64,000 bases of DNA from a virus (lineage: Duplodnaviria > Caudoviricetes), in the IMG/VR virus record IMGVR_UViG_3300032017_000001, positions 1 through 64,000 of that record; one strand, given 5' to 3'. The stretch's first letter is position 1; each line of letters opens with the position of its first letter. Below, one piece after another: positions 38,498 through 47,983 of the stretch. Both the position numbers and the translations under genes were made by a program. Under the pieces are notes generated by a model that was given only the letters and a program-made list of their open reading frames with translations, did no database searches and was not told where the DNA came from.

Positions 38498-39291
38498 GCC
38501 AGATCGGCAACGCCATCGCCACCCGGGACAACGGCCCCGAGGCCATCGTCCGCCAGCACAAGGACGACCTCACCCTCGTCCTCCCCTCCCACGTCAAGGG
38601 CGAGACGTGGATGCGCCTCGCCTACGGCGCCCTCCGCTCCAACAAGCAGCTCCTGCAGGCCGCCACCCGCAACCCCGGCAGCCTCATGAACGCCCTCCAG
38701 GAATGCGCCCGCCTCGGCCACGAACCCGGGACAGAGAGTTTCTACCTGGTGCCGTTCGGCAACGAAGTCCAGGGCATCGAGGGGTACCGCGGAGTCGTCG
38801 AGCGCATCTACCGGGCCGGCGCCGTCAAGGCCGTCAAGGCGGAAGTCGTCCACGCGAACGACCACTTCGAGTACAGCCCCGACATGGACCGACCCGTGCA
38901 CAAGCCGGACTACTTCGGCGACCGCGGCCCCATCGTCGGCGCCTACGCCTACGGCGTCTTCCAGGACGGCTCCACGTCCAAGGTCGTCGTCATCAACCGC
39001 GCCTACATCGACAAGGTTCGCAAGGAGTCCAAGGGCAGCAACAGCCCCACCAGCCCGTGGGTGAAGTGGGAAGACCAGATGGTCCTCAAGACCGTCGCCA
39101 AGCGCCTGGAGCCGTGGGTGCCGTCCTCCACCGAGTGGCGCAAGGAGCAGCTCCGCGCTGAGCAGGAAGTCGCCGCCGAGCAGGGCAAGCACGCCGTCAT
39201 CGCCCCCGCCACACCGCAGTCGGCGCCGCAGCAGACCGACGAGGCCACCGACTACGACGAGGGCCCCATCGAGGGCGAACTCGTCGACTAG
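38494..39291 (+). CDS. recT: RecT-family single-strand annealing protein
   Basis: SLMNALQECARLG, YLVPFG, IEGYRG, MVLKTV. Confidence 0.9.
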   Translation: MSQIGNAIATRDNGPEAIVRQHKDDLTLVLPSHVKGETWMRLAYGALRSNKQLLQAATRNPGSLMNALQECARLGHEPGTESFYLVPFGNEVQGIEGYRGVVERIYRAGAVKAVKAEVVHANDHFEYSPDMDRPVHKPDYFGDRGPIVGAYAYGVFQDGSTSKVVVINRAYIDKVRKESKGSNSPTSPWVKWEDQMVLKTVAKRLEPWVPSSTEWRKEQLRAEQEVAAEQGKHAVIAPATPQSAPQQTDEATDYDEGPIEGELVD

Positions 39292-39374
39292 CCGGCCGCC
39301 GTCGGGGCCCGGCCCACCCCAAGAGGGCCGGCCCCCGGCACCACCCAGCACACCACACCGTGAAGGAGCCAACC

Positions 39375-39746
39375 ATGGCCCGCAAACTCACACCCGCCGA
39401 GCGCCTCGCCTCAGCCGAGAAGGACCTCCTCCTCGAGGAGATCGCCGACCAGTCCTCGTGGGACCAGTTCCTCGTCGAGCAGGCCGTCTTCCACTACGGC
39501 CAGCGGCACAACGACTTCTCCTGCAATGACCTTCGAGACGTCCTGCCCGAGCTGGGGCACGGCTTCCTCGGCGCCGCCATCAACGCCCTCAGCCGCGGCG
39601 GGATCATCCAGCACACCGGCCGCACCGTGCCGTCCACCCAAGCCAACACGCACGGACACCGCATCGGGGTTTGGACCCTCACCGCCAAGGGCCGGCAGAT
39701 AGCCGCCCAGCGGGCCGCCCGCGCCGAGCAGCGGAGGGCCGCCTGA
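39375..39746 (+). CDS. Hypothetical protein (possible winged helix)
   Basis: RBS AAGGAG; helix-helix-wing pattern. Confidence 0.55.
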   Translation: MARKLTPAERLASAEKDLLLEEIADQSSWDQFLVEQAVFHYGQRHNDFSCNDLRDVLPELGHGFLGAAINALSRGGIIQHTGRTVPSTQANTHGHRIGVWTLTAKGRQIAAQRAARAEQRRAA

Positions 39747-40021
39747 TGCCGATCACCACCCACACCTGCATCACCGTCGCCTGCGACGTCTGCGAGCAGC
39801 CCCTCGAGGCCTTCGAGGACGAAGGCATCATCCACTTCGCCAACTTGACCGAGGCCCGCAGCCTGGCCCGGCACTACCGGTGGAACGCACTGTCCGGCGG
39901 CGAGTTCCTCTGCCCCGAGCGCGACCCGGAGCACCAGGCGTTCCTCGACGCCCTCATGCCGCCCGAGCCCGCCACCCAGGTCGTCGGCCAGCTCGGACTC
40001 GACGGAAGCGAGGCGTCATGA
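39746..40021 (+). CDS. Small Zn-finger-like protein
   Basis: CDVC...CP. Confidence 0.5.
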   Translation: MPITTHTCITVACDVCEQPLEAFEDEGIIHFANLTEARSLARHYRWNALSGGEFLCPERDPEHQAFLDALMPPEPATQVVGQLGLDGSEAS

Positions 40022-41010
40022 AGCTCACCGACGACATCCTCACCGTGCTGCGGGAGCGCACCGACATCGACGGCACGCACCTCGTGCTCACCGGCCCGCG
40101 CATGGACCCGCGCCTGTACCAGCGCGTCAATGAGGTTCTCGAAGCTGTCGGCGGCCGGTGGACCGCCAGCGTTCAGGCGCACGTGTTCCCCATCGACGCC
40201 ACCCAGGCGCTCGCCCCCGTCCTGGAGACCGGGCAGGTCGTGACGCTGCGGGAGAAGCGACAGAGCGCCCAGTACTTCCCCACCCCGGCCGCAGTCGTCC
40301 AGCGGGTCATCGACCTCGCCGACCTGAAGCCCGGCATGGAAGTGCTGGAGCCGTCGGCCGGCTCCGGCGCCATCGCGACGGCCGCCGGCACCGCAGGCGC
40401 GATCGTCGACTGCATCGAACGCGACCCCGGATACGCGGCCGTCCTCGCAGAAACGGGCATGGCGCGCACCCTGACCGTCGCCGACTTCCTCACCGTCCCA
40501 CCCCGCCCGATCTACGACCGCGTCGTCATGAACCCGCCCTTCACCAAGGGCGCCGACATGCAGCACGCCGAACACGCCCTCCGCTTCCTCAAGCCCGACG
40601 GGCTCCTCGTCTCGGTCATGTCGTGGGCGGTGACCTTCCACGGCCGGAAGACCGCCAAGTTCCGGGCCCTCGTCGAATCCCGCGGCGGCACAGTCGAGGC
40701 CGTCGCCAGTGGAGCCTTCAAGGAGTCAGGCACCGACATCGAAACCGTCATCGTCTCCATCCCCGCCAGCCGTTCCACCAGCGCTAAGCCCACCGTGTGG
40801 CCGCAACGGGAGATCCCGGCCGGACCGGAGCCGGAGTTCCAGCACCCCTCGGAGATCCTCGACGAGATCCGCGCCAACCTCCGCGACGCCATGCGCGAGT
40901 TCGACGCCCTCGCTGAACTCCTCGCCAAGCCCGCCCCGAAAGCCGACGTCATCGACCTGCCCGCACCCCGCGAGGAACAACTCGCCCTCGACGTCGGGGA
41001 GGCGTCATGA
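40018..41010 (+). CDS. SAM-dependent amino-methyltransferase (probable N6-adenine DNA MTase)
   Basis: QYFPTP, VLEPSAGSG, VMNPPF. Confidence 0.85.
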   Translation: MKLTDDILTVLRERTDIDGTHLVLTGPRMDPRLYQRVNEVLEAVGGRWTASVQAHVFPIDATQALAPVLETGQVVTLREKRQSAQYFPTPAAVVQRVIDLADLKPGMEVLEPSAGSGAIATAAGTAGAIVDCIERDPGYAAVLAETGMARTLTVADFLTVPPRPIYDRVVMNPPFTKGADMQHAEHALRFLKPDGLLVSVMSWAVTFHGRKTAKFRALVESRGGTVEAVASGAFKESGTDIETVIVSIPASRSTSAKPTVWPQREIPAGPEPEFQHPSEILDEIRANLRDAMREFDALAELLAKPAPKADVIDLPAPREEQLALDVGEAS

Positions 41011-41114
41011 CCGCCGCCCTGTTCCTCGCCTGCCTCGGTTTCACCATCGTCCTCGCCGCGGTCGCCTTCGCGCTCATCACCCGCCGCGCCCGGCGCTCGG
41101 GAGGCGAGTCGTGA
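41007..41114 (+). CDS. Small membrane peptide
   Basis: One hydrophobic helix plus basic tail, coupled on both sides. Confidence 0.45.
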   Translation: MTAALFLACLGFTIVLAAVAFALITRRARRSGGES

Positions 41115-42067
41115 ACGCATCCCTGACCCTGGTCGCCTCCGAAACGTGCGCATGCCCGCCACACGTCCGCTACTCCTGCGGGCACTGCTGGCACGACCAG
41201 TGCCTCGACTGCGGGTTCTGCACCGTCGGAGGCTGCGTCTGCCACTGCGAGTACGGCCTCGGATTCAACCCCGGCATCGCGCCCACAGTGGGCCCCCAGT
41301 TCTGGCTCGGCGCCCACCACCCGCGCTGGCTCGCCACCACCGGCGTGCCACTCATGGTGTCCCGCCGCTCCCTCGCCGGCCGCCGCAGCCTGCCGCGCGC
41401 CGCCGAACAGTGGGTCCTCGACTCCGGCGGATTCACCGAACTCTCCCTCAACGGCGGATGGACGGTCACCGCGCACGTCTACGCCCGCGAAGTCGCCCGC
41501 TTCCGCGACGAGATCGGCCGCATGGTGTGGGCCGCACCGCAGGACTGGATGTGCGAAGACCACATCCTCGCCAAGACCGGCCTCACCGTCGCAGAACACC
41601 AGGCCCGCACCGTCGGCAACTACCTCGACCTCATGTCCATCGACGACACCCTGCCCATCATCCCCGCCGTCCAAGGGCAGACCATCGCCGACTACGAACA
41701 CTGCCTCACCCTGTACGACCGAGCAGGCATCAACCTGACCACCCGGCCACTGGTCGGAGTCGGCTCCATCTGCCGCAGGCAATCCACCGCCGAAGCCTCC
41801 GCGATCCTCGGCACGCTCGCCGAAACCGGGCTCCGCCTACACGGCTTCGGCCTGAAACTCGACGGCCTGCGCACCAGCGCCGACCACCTTGCCTCAGCCG
41901 ACTCCCTCGCCTGGTCCTACGACGCCCGCCGCTCCGCGCCGCTGCCGGGACACGACCACAAGTCCTGCGCGAACTGCGTGCACTGGGCGATGCGCTGGCG
42001 GCAGCGCGTCCTCGACGTCCTCCACGGCCCGCGCCAGATGGCCCTCACCTTGAGGGAGGCCGCGTGA
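41111..42067 (+). CDS. DpdA-like (TGT-fold) deazapurine DNA transglycosylase with Cys-rich N-terminus
   Basis: TGT signature LDSGGF, PQDWMCE, PAVQG, VGVGSIC, LHGFG, SADSLAW. Confidence 0.75.
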   Translation: MNASLTLVASETCACPPHVRYSCGHCWHDQCLDCGFCTVGGCVCHCEYGLGFNPGIAPTVGPQFWLGAHHPRWLATTGVPLMVSRRSLAGRRSLPRAAEQWVLDSGGFTELSLNGGWTVTAHVYAREVARFRDEIGRMVWAAPQDWMCEDHILAKTGLTVAEHQARTVGNYLDLMSIDDTLPIIPAVQGQTIADYEHCLTLYDRAGINLTTRPLVGVGSICRRQSTAEASAILGTLAETGLRLHGFGLKLDGLRTSADHLASADSLAWSYDARRSAPLPGHDHKSCANCVHWAMRWRQRVLDVLHGPRQMALTLREAA

Positions 42068-42393
42068 CCTCCGTCCAGTACACGGCCCAGGCCGTGACTC
42101 CGCTCGTCGACTGGTACATCAACCAGCTCGCCACCCACGGCCTCGAGGTTGTCCTCGCCGCCCAGGCAGCCGCATGCATCGCCACCTGGTGCGCCATCGG
42201 AGCCCTCCTCCATGCCATCGACCGCTACCGCACCCGGCGCGCCACCCGCGCCGAACGCCGACAGACGACCCCGCCCCGCGACGACACCCCCCTGATCCCA
42301 ACCGAACCCGGCTGCGACGACGACCTACTCCTCGCCTGCTGGGACGCCTGGAAAGCCGACACCACCCACACCCGCAAGGAGGACCAGCCGTGA
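42064..42393 (+). CDS. Hypothetical membrane protein
   Basis: Coupled ORF, one hydrophobic helix. Confidence 0.5.
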   Translation: MTSVQYTAQAVTPLVDWYINQLATHGLEVVLAAQAAACIATWCAIGALLHAIDRYRTRRATRAERRQTTPPRDDTPLIPTEPGCDDDLLLACWDAWKADTTHTRKEDQP

Positions 42394-43199
42394 CCACCAC
42401 CGCCGACCACACCGCCTCCCGCAACTGCTACCTCCGCGGCTGCCGACAGCCGGCATGCGTCGAAGTCGCCACCCGCTACACCAAACAACTCCGCGTAGAA
42501 CACGCCCGCGGCCAATACCGGCTGACCGGCGCCACCCAAACCCGCCACCACATCGAACGCCTCATGGCAGCCGGCTGGACACAGAAGCAGATCGCCCAGG
42601 TCACCGGAGTCGAATCCGCGAGCATCCACCAGATCTACGTCGGCCACCAAGAGAAGACCGCGAACTGGCGCGCCGCCGCCATCCTCGCCGTCCCCATCAC
42701 CAGCCCGCCCGCCGACCCCCACCACGTCGACGCCACCGGCACCCGGCGCCGCCTCCAAGCCCTCCGCGTCATCGGCCACCGACGCTACGACCTCGCCGCC
42801 GCACTCGGAATGACCGACGACAGGGTCAAACACATCACCAACGGCAAAACCCGGCGCGTCCCCAAGCACGAAGCAGACGCCATCGCCCGCCTGTACCGGC
42901 GCCTGTCCACCATCCCCGGACCCAGCCAGCAGACCGCCACCATCGCCCGCGACAAAGGCTGGCACGGCCCCCTCGACTGGGAAGCGATCGACGACCCCGC
43001 ATGCCAGCCGGAAACCGGACACCGCTCGCGCGCCAGAAGGGGCAGCCGAATGGCGGTCGTCGACAACGAGCGAATCGCCGAGCTGACCGCGGCCGGTCGC
43101 ACAGCACAGCAGATCGCCGACGAACTCGGCTGCCACAAGCGGACCGTCACCCGCGCCCGCGGACGCGTCACCCGCCAGACCCTTCAGGAGGCGGCGTGA
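42390..43199 (+). CDS. HTH-containing DNA-binding protein (paralog A)
   Basis: CYLRGCRQPAC, GTRRRLQAL, C-terminal HTH TAQQIADELGCHKRTV. Confidence 0.6.
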   Translation: MTTTADHTASRNCYLRGCRQPACVEVATRYTKQLRVEHARGQYRLTGATQTRHHIERLMAAGWTQKQIAQVTGVESASIHQIYVGHQEKTANWRAAAILAVPITSPPADPHHVDATGTRRRLQALRVIGHRRYDLAAALGMTDDRVKHITNGKTRRVPKHEADAIARLYRRLSTIPGPSQQTATIARDKGWHGPLDWEAIDDPACQPETGHRSRARRGSRMAVVDNERIAELTAAGRTAQQIADELGCHKRTVTRARGRVTRQTLQEAA

Positions 43200-43990
43200 C
43201 CATCACAGGCCGACCGCACGGCAATGCCAAATACCGCCTCGAGAAGTGCCGCTGCCTGCTGTGCTGCACAGCAGCCCGCGACTACGACAACAACCGGCGT
43301 CGCGCCATCGCCTACGGCCGCTGGCAGCCCTACGTCGACGCCGAACCCATCCGCGCCCACGTCCGCGCACTGAGCGAGTTCGGCATCGGCTGGATGCGCC
43401 TCGCCCGACTCGCCGGCGTACCCCGCGGCTCCATGTCGAAGCTCCTCTACGGAGACCCCCAGCGCGGCATGGCCCCGTCGAAGCGGATCCTGCCGAAGAA
43501 CGCCGCCAAGATCCTCGCAGTCGAGCCCGCCCTCGAACACCTCGGAGACGAGGTCAGTATCGACGGCACCGGCACACGGCGACGGCTGCAAGCCCTGGCC
43601 GCCGCGGGCTGGCCGCACCGGCAACTCGCCGTCCGCCTCCGGATCGAGCCGGCGAACTTCAAGCCGATCATCCACGGGCAGCCGGGCCAGTTGGTGAAGG
43701 CCGGCACCCTGCGCGCCGTCACCGCCCTGTACGACCAGCTGTGGAACGTCGACCCGCTCCAGCAGGGCGTGCGCCGCGACTTCTACGACCGGGCCCGCGA
43801 CCAGGCCCGCCAAGCCGGCTGGGCCCCGGTCGGCGCCTGGGACGACGACCGCATCGACGACCCCGAAGCCTTCCCCGACTGGACCGGCTGGTGCGGCACA
43901 CCCCAAGGCCGCCGCATCCACTACCGGATCAAGGTCCCCGTCTGCCAGCCCTGCCGCGAAGCCGCCAGCCAGCAGCAGACCGCCGCCTAG
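43196..43990 (+). CDS. HTH-containing DNA-binding protein (paralog B)
   Basis: CRCLLC, GTRRRLQAL, C-terminal CQPC. Confidence 0.6.
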   Translation: MTITGRPHGNAKYRLEKCRCLLCCTAARDYDNNRRRAIAYGRWQPYVDAEPIRAHVRALSEFGIGWMRLARLAGVPRGSMSKLLYGDPQRGMAPSKRILPKNAAKILAVEPALEHLGDEVSIDGTGTRRRLQALAAAGWPHRQLAVRLRIEPANFKPIIHGQPGQLVKAGTLRAVTALYDQLWNVDPLQQGVRRDFYDRARDQARQAGWAPVGAWDDDRIDDPEAFPDWTGWCGTPQGRRIHYRIKVPVCQPCREAASQQQTAA

Positions 43991-44050
43991 CCCACGACAA
44001 AGGCCCCGCGGAAGCGGGGCCCGGAGGACGAACGAGAGGAGGAGGGGATG

Positions 44051-44272
44051 TCAGTCGGATTCTGCGGCCGGCTTCTTGCGGCGAACGATCCGGGGCTTCG
44101 GTTTGGGCATGTTGATGCCCTCGGCCTTGCAGTAGGCGCGGACGCGCGAGTGGATGTGGCGGCGAAGGTCGTCGGTGCGCGTGGTGCCGTCTTTAGCGCA
44201 GGCGCGGTCGTACAGATCCCACATCTCATCGTCGATGCGGATCATGCGACCCGGCGTCCCTCTCGTCGTCAT
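44051..44272 (-). CDS. Ribbon-helix-helix (CopG-like) regulator
   Basis: RMIRIDDEMWD...TRTDDLRRHI; leaderless -10 TAGGCT 6 nt upstream. Confidence 0.65.
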   Translation of the reverse strand: MTTRGTPGRMIRIDDEMWDLYDRACAKDGTTRTDDLRRHIHSRVRAYCKAEGINMPKPKPRIVRRKKPAAESD

Positions 44273-44300
44273 GTCGACAGCCTAGCTGACCTGACAGCGG

Positions 44301-44372
44301 CTACACACCCCGCGTGGCTGACCGTTTACCGCGAACGTGTTGCTCCTGTATTGCTTGTGCCTACACACCCCG
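44301..44372. promoter_or_regulatory. Two 12-bp direct repeats CTACACACCCCG in a divergent promoter region
   Basis: Exact copies at 44301 and 44361. Confidence 0.6.
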
Positions 44373-44488
44373 TTATAGACTGGCTCCACGCCAACCGGCC
44401 AAAGCGAGACCGGTTCGAGCCTCCATGAGGGCTGTCCCAAAACCAGTCATGACCAGCACAGACACCCTCCTCGAGAAGAGATCCATAA

Positions 44489-45430
44489 ATGCCAAGCCGG
44501 TTCGAGTTCGAGCGCGCGATCAGGCGCAGCAGCCTTCCGCCCCTGGCGCGGCTGCTCGCCCTGACCGTTGCGACGTGGGCGGACGCCGAGACCGGCTCTA
44601 TCTCCCGGCGTCACCAGCCGGCCCAATCCGTCCTACTGGAGGCGACCGGGATGTCGAAGTCCGCCTTCCTGTCTCATCGCAAGACCCTCCTCGAGGAGGG
44701 CTGGCTGAAGTGCGAGTCCCCGGACCGCATCAAGGCCCAGAAGGAGCACGCCCAAAATGTCTATTCGATCCATATTCCTGACGGTAAGGCTCGGTCGGGA
44801 GGCGACCTAGCTAAAACGGACAAGCGCCCCGGAAAGCGACGCGAACCTAGGTCGGGAGACGACCTAGCCCTAGGTCGCCAGCCGACCCAGCCAAATGGGG
44901 CAGAACCCGCTAAGTCTGGATTGACCCTAGGTCGCCAGCCGACCACAAGAGTTCTTTCCTCTACTTCTCTCTCCTCTCTCCCTCCCGTGGACAACGGGCC
45001 GGACGGCAGCAGCGAGGAACGGATCCCGGACGCCTTCGCCTACATCCAGCCGCTCATCCGAGCCATGACCGACGCCGGACTCACCGTGTCGTGGCAAATG
45101 CAGGCCGAGGACTACCAAAGCGTCGCCCGCGTCATGCACCGAGCTGGCGTCGAAGCGATGGTCGGCTTCGCCCTCGAAACCAAGGCCAGCAGCCGCAAGT
45201 CGATCCGCTACGCCACGTTCTTCCTCCGTGGCGGCTGGCTGGGCCTGCCGCCCAAGAGCACCAAGCCCACACCGAGGCATGGCAGTACGCCTGGCAAGCC
45301 GCCGCACTGCGGCCACCCCGACTGCGACCCGGCCAGCAGGCTCCGCGAAACCGAAGACGACAACGGCCTCCGCCGAGTCCACCCCTGCCCCGACTGCCAC
45401 CCCAACGCGAAGAAAGGCCACGCCGCATGA
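44489..45430 (+). CDS. Replication initiator (N-terminal wHTH)
   Basis: LARLLALTVATWAD...QSVLLEATGMSKSA; internal iterons; precedes DnaB. Confidence 0.75.
   Translation: MPSRFEFERAIRRSSLPPLARLLALTVATWADAETGSISRRHQPAQSVLLEATGMSKSAFLSHRKTLLEEGWLKCESPDRIKAQKEHAQNVYSIHIPDGKARSGGDLAKTDKRPGKRREPRSGDDLALGRQPTQPNGAEPAKSGLTLGRQPTTRVLSSTSLSSLPPVDNGPDGSSEERIPDAFAYIQPLIRAMTDAGLTVSWQMQAEDYQSVARVMHRAGVEAMVGFALETKASSRKSIRYATFFLRGGWLGLPPKSTKPTPRHGSTPGKPPHCGHPDCDPASRLRETEDDNGLRRVHPCPDCHPNAKKGHAA
44790..44985. repeat. Iteron array and pyrimidine tract (probable replication origin)
   Basis: Four 21-bp CTAGGTCG-N5-CGACCYAG-type units at 44790, 44847, 44870 and 44927, then a C/T tract. Confidence 0.7.
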
Positions 45431-46788
45431 CCGAGCCCCTGTGGGAGCCCAACGCCATCGCCGACGAACCGGCGATGCCCCACAACATCGAAGCCGAAAG
45501 GGCTGCCCTCGGCTCAATGTTCTTCGACCTCGCCGCCATCGACGCCCTCGACCGGACCCTCTCCGGCGTCGAGGACTTCTACGAGCTGCACCACCAGATC
45601 ATCTACCGGACCGTCCTCGGCATGTACTGCCGCGACCGCAAGCCGAAGATCGACCCCATCACCGTCGCTGCCGAGCTCCTCGCCAGCGGCGAGCTCGCCA
45701 AGGTCGGCGGCGCCGCCTACCTCCACCAGCTCGCCCAGTCCGTACCCGTCGTCGGCAACGCCGTCGGCTACGCGGCCATCGTCCGCGAACACGCCCAGCT
45801 CCGTGCAGTTCTCGCCGCCACCCGCAAAGCCAGCCAGCGCGTCCTCTCCGCCGCCAATACTGCATCCGAAATCCTCGAAGCCGCCATGGCCGACCTCCAG
45901 GCCGCCGCCAAAGGCGTCGACACCGTCGACGAGAAGCTGTCCGTCGCCGACCGCTGGATGGGATTCATCGACGAACTCGAGGCCGGTCACGACCCGCGCG
46001 CCCTCGACACACCCTGGCCCGACCTCAACGACATCATCGAACTCAAGCCCGGCCAGCTCATCACCGTCGGCGCCGGCACCGGCCAGGGCAAGTCCCTGTT
46101 CGGCATGAACCTCGCCGCGCACGTTGCTCTCACCCGCGGCAAGCCAGCCCTCGTCGCCTCGATGGAGATGGGCGGCAGCGAACTCATGGCCCGCCTCACG
46201 GCAGCCGAAGCCGGAGTCGACGTCGACCACCTCATCCGCCGCAAGCTCCAGGCGGCCGACTGGGAGAAAGTCTTCCGAGCCGCGCCGAAGATGCAGAACG
46301 CCGGCAACTTCATCCTCGACGACTCCCCGAACCTCACCCTCGGGAAGATCCGTGCTCGCGTCCGCTGGATGGCCGCATCCGGCTGGGCCCCGGCCATCGT
46401 GGTCGCCGACTACCTGCAGCTGTTGACGCCTGAGTCGACCGGCAAGAAGGAGCGCACACGCGCCAACGAGGTCGCCGAACTGTCCCGCGGACTGAAGCTC
46501 CTCGCGATGGAGTTCGAACTCCCCGTCGTCGCGCTCGCCCAGTTCAACCGCGGCGCGGTCGGCCGTCAGCCGATGGTGTCCGACTTCAAGGACTCCTCCA
46601 GCATCGAGCAGGACTCCAACGTGATCGTCCTGATGCACCGGCCGCTCGCCGAGGACGGCACGGACACCGGTCCGCGGGCCGGTGAGATCGACCTCATCGT
46701 CGCGAAGAACCGCAACGGCGCCTCCGGCCGCATCGTCTCCCTGGCCTTCCAGGGCCGGTTCGCCCGACTCCGGTCGATGGCCGGGTGA
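45427..46788 (+). CDS. dnaB: DnaB-like replicative helicase
   Basis: PHNIEAE, Walker A GAGTGQGKS, SMEM, DYLQL, AQFNR, SSIEQD, AKNRNG. Confidence 0.93.
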   Translation: MTEPLWEPNAIADEPAMPHNIEAERAALGSMFFDLAAIDALDRTLSGVEDFYELHHQIIYRTVLGMYCRDRKPKIDPITVAAELLASGELAKVGGAAYLHQLAQSVPVVGNAVGYAAIVREHAQLRAVLAATRKASQRVLSAANTASEILEAAMADLQAAAKGVDTVDEKLSVADRWMGFIDELEAGHDPRALDTPWPDLNDIIELKPGQLITVGAGTGQGKSLFGMNLAAHVALTRGKPALVASMEMGGSELMARLTAAEAGVDVDHLIRRKLQAADWEKVFRAAPKMQNAGNFILDDSPNLTLGKIRARVRWMAASGWAPAIVVADYLQLLTPESTGKKERTRANEVAELSRGLKLLAMEFELPVVALAQFNRGAVGRQPMVSDFKDSSSIEQDSNVIVLMHRPLAEDGTDTGPRAGEIDLIVAKNRNGASGRIVSLAFQGRFARLRSMAG

Positions 46789-47528
46789 CCGCCATGACCA
46801 TCCAGCGCGACTGGCACTGCGCTTCAGCCGGTGACATAGCGGCCGAGCGCCTCGAGCAGCACACCGTTCGCCGCAGCCACATACCCGGCCAGCCCGGCGC
46901 CCTCGCCGACGGCATGACTCACGAAGCCCTGCCGACCTCCTACGCCGGCACCACCTTCCGGTCCGCGCTCGAAGCGTCCTGGGCCGCCACCCTCGACACC
47001 CTCGACATCGCCTGGGAGTACGAGCCCGAGACGATCGCCCTGCCGTCCGGAGCCACCTACATCCCCGACTTCCGCCTGCCGGACATCGGCTGCTGGCTTG
47101 AGGTCAAAGGCCCCGGCGTCCCCCGTGTCGAGAAGGCCTACGAGTTCGGCGAGAGCCTCGCCTGCGGCCACCCCATGTGGGAGTGCGCTTGCCGCTGGCC
47201 GGGCGGAGAGCTCGTCCTCATCGGCCACGAGCCCAGGCCGTACAGCGCCTGGGGCGACCCGGAGATCGACGTCCAGAACTACTGGATCGCCGCCAACGTG
47301 CAGCGCCGCCACGGTGGCCACCCCGACTGGACGTCCACCCGCGGCCGGGCCGCATGGCTCACCCGGTGCGCGGACTGTGACCGCGGCACCTGGTTCGACA
47401 GGCCCAAATGCCGGGCCTGCGGCGGCCCTCTCGCCGACTGCTACGGCTATCGGCCTGGCGAACCGGGCCTCGAGTTCCGTCGTATTCGCGGTCCCGTCCG
47501 AACCCACGACACCGAGGAGAACCAGTGA
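46785..47528 (+). CDS. PD-(D/E)XK-type nuclease-like protein
   Basis: FRSALEASWA...YEPE...YIPDF...LEVKG. Confidence 0.65.
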   Translation: MTAMTIQRDWHCASAGDIAAERLEQHTVRRSHIPGQPGALADGMTHEALPTSYAGTTFRSALEASWAATLDTLDIAWEYEPETIALPSGATYIPDFRLPDIGCWLEVKGPGVPRVEKAYEFGESLACGHPMWECACRWPGGELVLIGHEPRPYSAWGDPEIDVQNYWIAANVQRRHGGHPDWTSTRGRAAWLTRCADCDRGTWFDRPKCRACGGPLADCYGYRPGEPGLEFRRIRGPVRTHDTEENQ

Positions 47529-47983
47529 CCACGACCACCGACATCGCCCGCGCCCACGGTCACACCGGGCCGACCCGCTGCCAGGACTGCGGCACCACCG
47601 AGAACCTGCACGTTGTCCTGTGGTCCGACCCGAGGACCGGCGAGAGCGGAACCCACCTGGAGTGCTGTACCTGCGGCATTGCCGCCGGTGACCCGATCTG
47701 CGTTCACGCCGAATGCGAGCCCGATGAGCCCGACGAGCCGGACCCGGAGCCCGTAGAGCCCGGACCGATCGTCCGCGTCCACCACCGCCCCGCCGGCTGG
47801 GTGCTGCCCGACTTCACCGACCTCGCGGACTGCACGACCAACTTCCACCGCGCCCAGGACGGCCGTCCCGCCTGCACTGACACCGCCGTGTGGAAGGTCG
47901 TCGAAGACCACGGTCTGCATTTGACCATCGGCTTCTACTGCGACGCCGATCTGCCCGCCGAACACCGAGAGGACGCCGCCTGA
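47525..47983 (+). CDS. Cys-rich hypothetical protein
   Basis: CQDC, CCTC and CD motifs. Confidence 0.5.
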   Translation: MTTTTDIARAHGHTGPTRCQDCGTTENLHVVLWSDPRTGESGTHLECCTCGIAAGDPICVHAECEPDEPDEPDPEPVEPGPIVRVHHRPAGWVLPDFTDLADCTTNFHRAQDGRPACTDTAVWKVVEDHGLHLTIGFYCDADLPAEHREDAA

